From: Conidiobolus incongruus B7586
Lineage: Eukaryota
DNA: 32,278 bases
Direction of reading: 5' to 3'
Assembly (NCBI GenBank): GCA_000697335.1
Contig: JNEM01013732.1
Span: forward strand, 62,001 to 94,278
Shown: one piece after another, positions 25,229 through 32,278 of the stretch
Position numbering within the stretch: position 1 is the stretch's first letter
Layout: each line of letters opens with the position of its first letter
The notes under the pieces: model-generated
The model's input: the letters and a program-made list of their open reading frames with translations, nothing else
Told to the model about the DNA's origin: nothing
The model's database searches: none
Position numbers and translations under genes: made by a program

Positions 25229-25561
25229 TAACACGGCTTGGGAAAGCCGTGTCCAGGACAGTTTAAATAGAAGAGATAGTTCAGGGGAATTCCAGATAAG
25301 TGTTAGGGAAATAAGAGGTTTATTGGTTTAAGTAAAATAACAGGGAGAACCCAGATCGAACTCGTCATGTTGAGGATAGCTCTAATTCCGGGTTTATATG
25401 GAGTGAGTTGGATAAGGTGATACATGAGATTCACTGGTGACTTGCATCATCGGTCAATTAAAGGATAGAGCGGGGGCAGATGGTATGCGAGGAGGAAAAG
25501 ACTTGAACTTTAGGTTGAAGTAAAAATGCTTGAGTAGAAGGGAATCACCTGACTTGTGGCA
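25229..25561 (-). mobile_element. Solo-LTR-like element, copy 2 (333 bp)
   Basis: Homolog of 5252-5582. The minus strand begins TGCCACA and ends CGTGTTA. ATAT flanks (25225-25228, 25562-25565) and a perfect 9-bp hairpin ACACGGCTT-GGGA-AAGCCGTGT at 25231-25252. Confidence 0.7.
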
Positions 25562-26972
25562 ATATGTTCACTGTATAATGAACTTTAATTTAAAATATCA
25601 AGAATATCATTCTCTTTTATGATTGTTTTGTATATATAAATATGTCATAGTATAGAGTATTGGTATTATCAATACACAATATACCTAATTATGTATTAAT
25701 TTCTCAATTAAAACTAAAATAATTATTGATGATTTCAGTTTATAATTTTTAATTAATCTCGATTAATATAATTCTTTCAGTAACGATATTATTTTGTCAC
25801 ACAATAAATAAAATTTATTTCATGTGAATCAGATTAAAAATAGTGCATATTTCACTAAAATAATTGATAAAAATCTCTCAGTTTTTTTGAGTTCAAATCT
25901 ATATATTTTGTATTTTGAAAATACTCGTCCGTCTCGATTCGAGTGCTAAGTCCATAATACCTCTCATTTATAGTGGCTTTGTTGATGTATAATCAAATGA
26001 TGTACTTTAGCTTCTTTTGTTAGAATATTTCTAAATCCTTTGTCACTCACTGAATGAATTGTTTAAACCCAGAAGTGACAAGGATAGAAAAGGTTCTTTT
26101 CTGAATATTCTGCTACGATTTCTCAAAAGTAAGTAAGGTTTAAGACATACAGGATTAATAAATAATTTACTAAATCGTATTACGAGTACTTTTCTAACAA
26201 CCATCTTATTGAAAAAACTTATTATAAATCACAGCAATATAATTGATTAAATTTCACCTTTTTTTCACACAACTTTCCTATTTCAACTAAATTCATATTT
26301 TAATGAAATTTAAAGATATGTTGAATTTCTTTCCAAAATTTATAAATACATATTTATAATATATGCTGTTTTAGTTACTCAATAAAATAAATGATCATTA
26401 AGTTGAAAAAAACTTAATGGGATTAACTGTTCAAACAATGCTTGAACTATTATATTTGTTAATGTATTTTTACTTTTTCCATGACTACTTTGATGTTTAA
26501 TCATTTCACAAATAGTTAATTCAAATATTTTGAATTAAATAATTTTTAGAATTTTGAAAGTAATTAAAATTATAATATCTTAAATTGAATTATTATATAT
26601 AATTATAGCATATATAATGTTAAATTTCAAAATAATAATAATAAACTGTAGGGATTGGAGATTATCACATAATAATTATATTACAATGAAATAATTTTTA
26701 AGTTGTTGAATCAATAACTGCCATAAAAAATTTATATAATTATTAACAGTATATATTATTTCTTCTATATGAATTGGCTAAAAACACAAAATCAATTATA
26801 TAACTTACTCTAATATAAATAATTAACCTAATTATATAAAATAGTCTAAATCATATTTTGTTATGATTTTTCACACTAGTCCTAATTTGACTATAGGAAT
26901 GAGTTTGAATAATTTTGTCACAAAATTATTCATCGGATACAAGGAATAACAATGAATTCTATCAATTGATTC

Positions 26973-28148
26973 CTACGCCAAGCATCGTCTATTGACTTCA
27001 TCAACCATTAAAATTTGAGTTCTCTCTATTTCGCGAGTTTCAATCTGATCATATTTCATCATCCTTATATATTTAGTTGGAAGGGGTTTTTTCTGGCCCC
27101 ATAGTTTGCACCCTGGCTTTAATTTGACCTTAGGATCACTAGGTAATACAATATTATGGTATAAGTATTTTTTGGCATGATTATCTATTTCTCTGTCTGA
27201 TACAGTTGATAATGAAAGATCTCGAACGAGTGGAATGAAAGGTTCAGGTTTGTGATGACTAGAAGATCTGGAAGTTTCGTTTGTTGTCCTCGACCAAGAA
27301 AAATGATCTTCCTTGTAATCATAGCAAAGTTTTGTAGTATCAAAAGCATCTGCAACAGTTTTGTTAAGGTATATTAGTTCAGTGTTTTCAGAAATCGGAT
27401 ATTCCCTGAAGCTTTCTGGGTATCTTTTTTGTCTATCAAACCAAACTTTATCAACAAAAGCATGATGTAGCCAAAAAAGTGGATCATTTGCATTGGCATA
27501 ATCCGCAAAATCTTCTCCTATATTGACGTGAATATCCCCATGAGGGACATCTTCCATCCTTTTCCAAAATTTAGTAACATCCCTTTCGTCAATAATATAT
27601 TTGTCAATGAAATCACTGTTACTGGAAATAATATCATCGAACGAGTTCGATCTGGTGTAGCAGTGTTCCTGAGGATCTGGTTGGGCATTGGGATAGTACC
27701 ATACTTTAAAATCTTGGAATTCCCCATCAGGTACGCAATTGTTCAAAGGATCTGAATGATTGGTTTTTTTACCAGTTTTTCCAAACCATTTAAATACTGG
27801 ATCTTCATTGGTGCGATTGTAATATACTGTCCAATCCCAATATGGAATCCTAACTGATCCATCAACCTTTCTCAATTCTGTCTCTAAGTACCATAAATAT
27901 ATTCGATGCCAAGCAAAAAAGACGGGATTAGTATGAACGTCATCAAAGTATCTCTTATGAATCCAAGATAACTGATCCCATCTAGTTGGTCGTGGTCCTG
28001 AATTTACTTTCTTCACAGCAGCAATAAATTTATTTCTGTCCTCATCAGACATTTTATAAATATTTTGACGACTAACAGTACAATAAGAACTAGCGCTAAT
28101 CATAGGGAAACCTGTTAGGTATGCTGATATCCAATATACTACTCTCAT
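26973..28148 (-). CDS. Secreted tyrosinase-family / type-3 di-copper oxidase, divergent paralog (391 aa, intronless)
   Basis: Probable signal peptide. CuA H64-H72-H81 (HKRYFDDVHTNPVFFAWHR), PYWDW, CuB HGDIH...NDPLFWLHHAFVDKVW, the same C-terminal IRMMKYD...RCLA, and N-glycosylation sequons NRT, NHS, NKT, NET. Confidence 0.95.
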   Translation of the reverse strand: MRVVYWISAYLTGFPMISASSYCTVSRQNIYKMSDEDRNKFIAAVKKVNSGPRPTRWDQLSWIHKRYFDDVHTNPVFFAWHRIYLWYLETELRKVDGSVRIPYWDWTVYYNRTNEDPVFKWFGKTGKKTNHSDPLNNCVPDGEFQDFKVWYYPNAQPDPQEHCYTRSNSFDDIISSNSDFIDKYIIDERDVTKFWKRMEDVPHGDIHVNIGEDFADYANANDPLFWLHHAFVDKVWFDRQKRYPESFREYPISENTELIYLNKTVADAFDTTKLCYDYKEDHFSWSRTTNETSRSSSHHKPEPFIPLVRDLSLSTVSDREIDNHAKKYLYHNIVLPSDPKVKLKPGCKLWGQKKPLPTKYIRMMKYDQIETREIERTQILMVDEVNRRCLA

Positions 28149-30318
28149 ATTCAGATGTAATTGAATTCACTGAAAACATTAATCCTTCAGATTATTAATG
28201 GAAATGTTCTCATTTTATAGACATTTATTTTAAAAAAAATTAATTATTGCTAAACGCTTTAAATAAATTTCGAATGAATTTAACTAAAATGATTATTTAC
28301 TGGCATTAAATAAATCATATTAACTCTTTCTCATTGATTTTTAGAAAATAAGAATGTTAAAATAATCACAAACAATATTATTTTTAAGTATTATCAATAA
28401 TAATGTTGGCTTTATTTAAATTGAGTTTGGTTTTTTGAATTTTGAAAAATTTAATACTTTTATTAATATTTACCAACCTTAAAGTTTTCTAAAAATAGCA
28501 TTTTTAATTCAAAATAAAAATTATTAAATATCATTAGATTAATTATATGGTTATTTCGATGATTTGCGGATTAGTGATTCTGTTAATTCTTAGTTTCAAT
28601 CTAATAATAGATATTAAATTATTTTTTAATTACTTTGAAAAGCAAAATTGATTAAATAATTTTCATTATGCACACTTGAAATATATCCACAGATATGTAA
28701 CAACTTAATAATTTCCTCATAATTTACTTATTTTAATATGTATTTATTTCAAACCAGTTCTAATTTTAACCTATAATATCGGATTCAAGATAGTTACTGA
28801 GTTATATTCAATATAACATTATTTTCTTAATTTTTAATTTTATAATCTTAAAATTGGATAAAATATTAAATTATCAAAAAAAATTAATTATAGTCAATAT
28901 CAGTATATTACAAGGATAATATTAACAATAACTTATATATATTTTTTAATATAAATTAAATATTTGATTTAAATATTTTATAAACAAATATCAATTGAAT
29001 TTAAAAATAGACATAATAAATATTAGGGCATGATATTAATATATTATATATTTAATACTAAAATTAATTAATTTATTAGAAAACAATTATTCAAAAATAT
29101 TTATAATTCTATATTTTAATATTTTTTCATATTTCTTAAATTTTTTTAATGTATTTTGAAATTCATAATTAATTAATTATATATTATTGTATAATTTAAA
29201 TGTTATACTTTTTGTATTAATAATTAAAACGTTATTTAATTATTTGTTCTTTTTCAAAATATTTATAATTATTGAAAATCAAAATAATAAATAAAGAAAT
29301 TGATTAAATATATTAAAATCTTAAAATAATTAACACAAACAATATAATCTTATAATATTATCAATTCTAATTAAAAAATATTTCATTTTTTGTAATAATA
29401 ACTGTGTATATTATTAAATATTGATTTTGAATTAGTTTTTGAATATATATTTTTAACTAATATATAACTTTAATAATAGATATTTACTAATTATCAAAAT
29501 CATTTTTTATTATAAATATATTATTAAAGTTCCTTTGAAAATATTATGTCAGTTATTATTTAACGATTTTAATTGTATCTAATTATATTTTTTAAAAATC
29601 AATAACATTATTATTTTCATTATTTAATTAATATATATACTAATAGATGCAAGGTTTTATATATCAAATTATATGATTCTACCTTTATATTGAAACTCCA
29701 AATAATTAGTATTTATAATTATATTTTATATATTAAGAATAAGTCAAAAAATGACAAGATTTACTTAATATTATTTTATTATTTATGAAAAAAATTAATC
29801 ATGAATAACAAAATTATTATTGGTCAAGATCAAAACTTAAGTAAATTATAAAAAACTAATTAAATAATATTATATACCAATAATTTTACTCAATATAATA
29901 AATTTTGTTGGATTTTAATTATAATGTTTTGGTTTATATTTTTTGAAATTAATTATCCTAAAAAAAACTATGCAAAAAGAAATTATGAAATTGAAAAATT
30001 TTTAATATTTTGATTTTAATAATTGATATAATATTTATTTGAATTTTTAAATAAATTTGACCTTTATTGATTATCAAATATATATACTTTGTCTAAGTTT
30101 TCATTATTATCATCCAAAATATCTATTTATTTATCAAACTAATATAAAATATTCAATATATAAAAATCATAAATAAATTATATTATAGGTAAAAAATATC
30201 AATAATTATAAAAATCTAACAAATCATAATAATTTAAAAAAAATAAATTTTTTATAATAAGTATATCATCTGATATTATATTAATTTAATATCAAAATCT
30301 TATTATTTTTTTATAATA

Positions 30319-31890
30319 CACTAACCTACAAAAATAAGTTATAAAATCAAAAATATATATATTTTAATTAATAAGTAAAATAATTATATATATTAAATTA
30401 CTTGAAATTATAATATATAATTAAGTTATATTATTTAATAATAAATAAATATATTTAAATATATTTAGTAAACTATTAGCAAAAATATTAACTTTTAATA
30501 TTTAACCAAGGTAAGTTATAAATTTGTGGGTTTTTGAGATAAAAGGATATATTTAACAATATATAACCATATCTTTTTTCTCTTTTTGTTATTATTTTAT
30601 ATAATATTTTATAGATATACTAATTTTTTTTATTAGTATTATTGTACTTAAATCCCTCTCTAAAAAAAATCTATTTGTATATTAATCAACTTTATAAAAA
30701 AGATAAATTAACTAATAATATTATTAGAATTACTAATGTTAATTAGTTTATTATAGTTAAAGCTATTAAGAATAACAATAAAGAAATATTTAAACTTAAA
30801 CTTAAGTATGTTAAAATTATAAATAAATATAATAAGAGGTATATTTATAGGTTGGTTAATATAAACAAGTATAGTACTATTATAGAAATATAATAGGAAT
30901 TATAAAACTATATAAGAATATTAGTTAATACTAATACTATTATATATACTTTATATTAATATAGATACCACTTATATTTTAAGAAAAAACACCCCTAACT
31001 AAAAAAATCCTATTGTAAAGTTAAACAAGAGTTTAAATATTACTATTAATATTAAACTAAAACTAATTAGAGTAAAGTTATTTAGTTTAATAAAACAAAA
31101 ATATACTTTAGTAAATCTAATAAAAAAACTAAATATTTTAAAAAAGATATAAAACTACTTTATAACTATTATATTAATTCTACTTAAAAATATAATAATA
31201 GGTTATTTATTATTTTAGGATATATATTATCTTTAAGTGTAAAGTATCTTTATAAAGTTAATATAGGAATTAATATTAAAATATATTAAAGTATTTTAAA
31301 CAATAAATTAAAAAAAATTATTAAAGAATATAAGTTAAATAAATCTAATATTATTTTTTAATAAAATAATACCTTTTGTTATATTATAGTTTTTATTACT
31401 AAATAGCTTAAAAATAATAAGATAATAGTTATAAAATAGCTTTTTTAATTTTTTAACTTTAGTTTAATTAAATACTTTTAAGATTAGTTAAAAAAAGCTA
31501 TTAAAACTTTCCCCCTAGTAAAAAATTTAAATCAACTTTAAAAATATATTTAAGAGGTATAAAATAAAATTAACCTTTTTTAATATAGGAAATTAATTGA
31601 TTTTATACCCTATAAATTTAAAGAAGTTAGAAAAGTTAAAGATAAATATATTAAATTTTAATTTTTTTTATCACTAAAAACTTATAAATTTATAACTCAC
31701 TTTAGGTAAAATTTAAAGGTTTATATTTTAAATAATTAATAACTAAATATCATCATTTAATGATATATATAACTAATAAATATAATAGATTTTAATTATT
31801 TAATTTAAATTTATTTCATTAAATATTAATTAAGTTATTAGTAAAAATATAAGTGTTTTTGATTTTATAACTTACTTTTATAAATTAATA
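30319..31890 (+). mobile_element. Hypermutated Tc1-like (DD34E) DNA transposon (~1.57 kb)
   Basis: TIRs CACTAACCTACAAAAATAAGTTATAAAATCAAAAA (30319) and an inverted copy ending at 31890, with TA at both ends. A single frame 31068-31661 back-mutates (T>C, A>G) to WSKVIWSDETK, PTxKHGGG...GC...GVGYLCK, IIFQQDNAPCH, WPxQSPDLSPIEHLWDWLK and AKGGHTKF-stop; D-to-E spacing is exactly 34. Confidence 0.9.
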
Positions 31891-32194
31891 TATTATAATA
31901 TTAAATTTAAAATATATATAAATATATTAATTTATAACATAAATTTTATTATCTTTAAAATTTATTTGATTTTAATTTCCTTAAATTTCTATATAGAATT
32001 TTACCTATAATATTTACTAATAATAATATAATATCAAAATTCAAAATATTTTAATTATAATAATTTTTGATAATAAGTTTTCAAATTTTAAATAATTAAG
32101 ATAATTAATATAAAATAAAAAATGCTGAAAATAAATATCTAATTTTAAATCTTATATTTAAATTTTTAAATTTTAAGAATAATAATTATATATA

Positions 32195-32278
32195 CAATAA
32201 CCTACAAAAGTAAGTTATAAAATCAAAAATATATATATATTAATTAATAACTAAACAATTGTATATATTAGATTATTT
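32195..32278 (+). mobile_element. Left end (TIR) of a second copy of the Tc1-like element, running off the window
   Basis: TA followed by CAATAACCTACAAAAGTAAGTTATAAAATCAAAAATATATATAT..., a direct repeat of 30317-30402. Confidence 0.8.

Noticed and set aside
25229..25561. Helitron or tRNA/SINE interpretation of the 330-bp repeat
   Set aside because: No TC...CTRR ends and no A/B boxes or cloverleaf seen; the 4-bp duplication, TG start and TATA/AATAAA layout fit an LTR better.
27518..27755. ORFs 27518-27727 and 27528-27755
   Set aside because: Shadows of the 26973-28148 tyrosinase.
15300..30060. Short similarities such as TAAATTTCCAAAAAT near 15368 and 24968 and an inverted look-alike near 29930
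   Set aside because: Too short and AT-rich to separate from chance without alignment statistics.

Overview
Very AT-rich, gene-poor eukaryotic DNA. It is most likely fungal; the intronless secreted di-copper proteins and their C-terminal style suggest an early-diverging fungus (e.g. Conidiobolus-like), but that is inference. The window holds: (1) a secreted Kex2-processed repeat protein (KEP) gene, 460-1890 (-), encoding a signal peptide and nine RR/KR-delimited N/S/G/Q-rich peptides of two related classes; (2) four paralogous secreted tyrosinase-family (type-3 copper) genes, of which two are intact (20340-21491 +, 26973-28148 -), one is a recent pseudogene (5589-6742 -) and one an old pseudogene (10755-11886 -); (3) three ~330-bp solo-LTR-like elements, each between ATAT duplications and sharing a terminal hairpin; (4) two inverted ~1.3-kb mariner (DD34D) relics, a ~1.57-kb Tc1 (DD34E) relic and the start of a second Tc1 copy. 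These transposons are nearly invisible because they are saturated with C>T/G>A changes, yet their motifs stay in frame (RIP-like hypermutation). The best candidate for an undescribed system is the KEP precursor plus oxidase array, acting either as an amyloid/repellent scaffold for oxidative cross-linking or melanin, or as a RiPP-like pathway.
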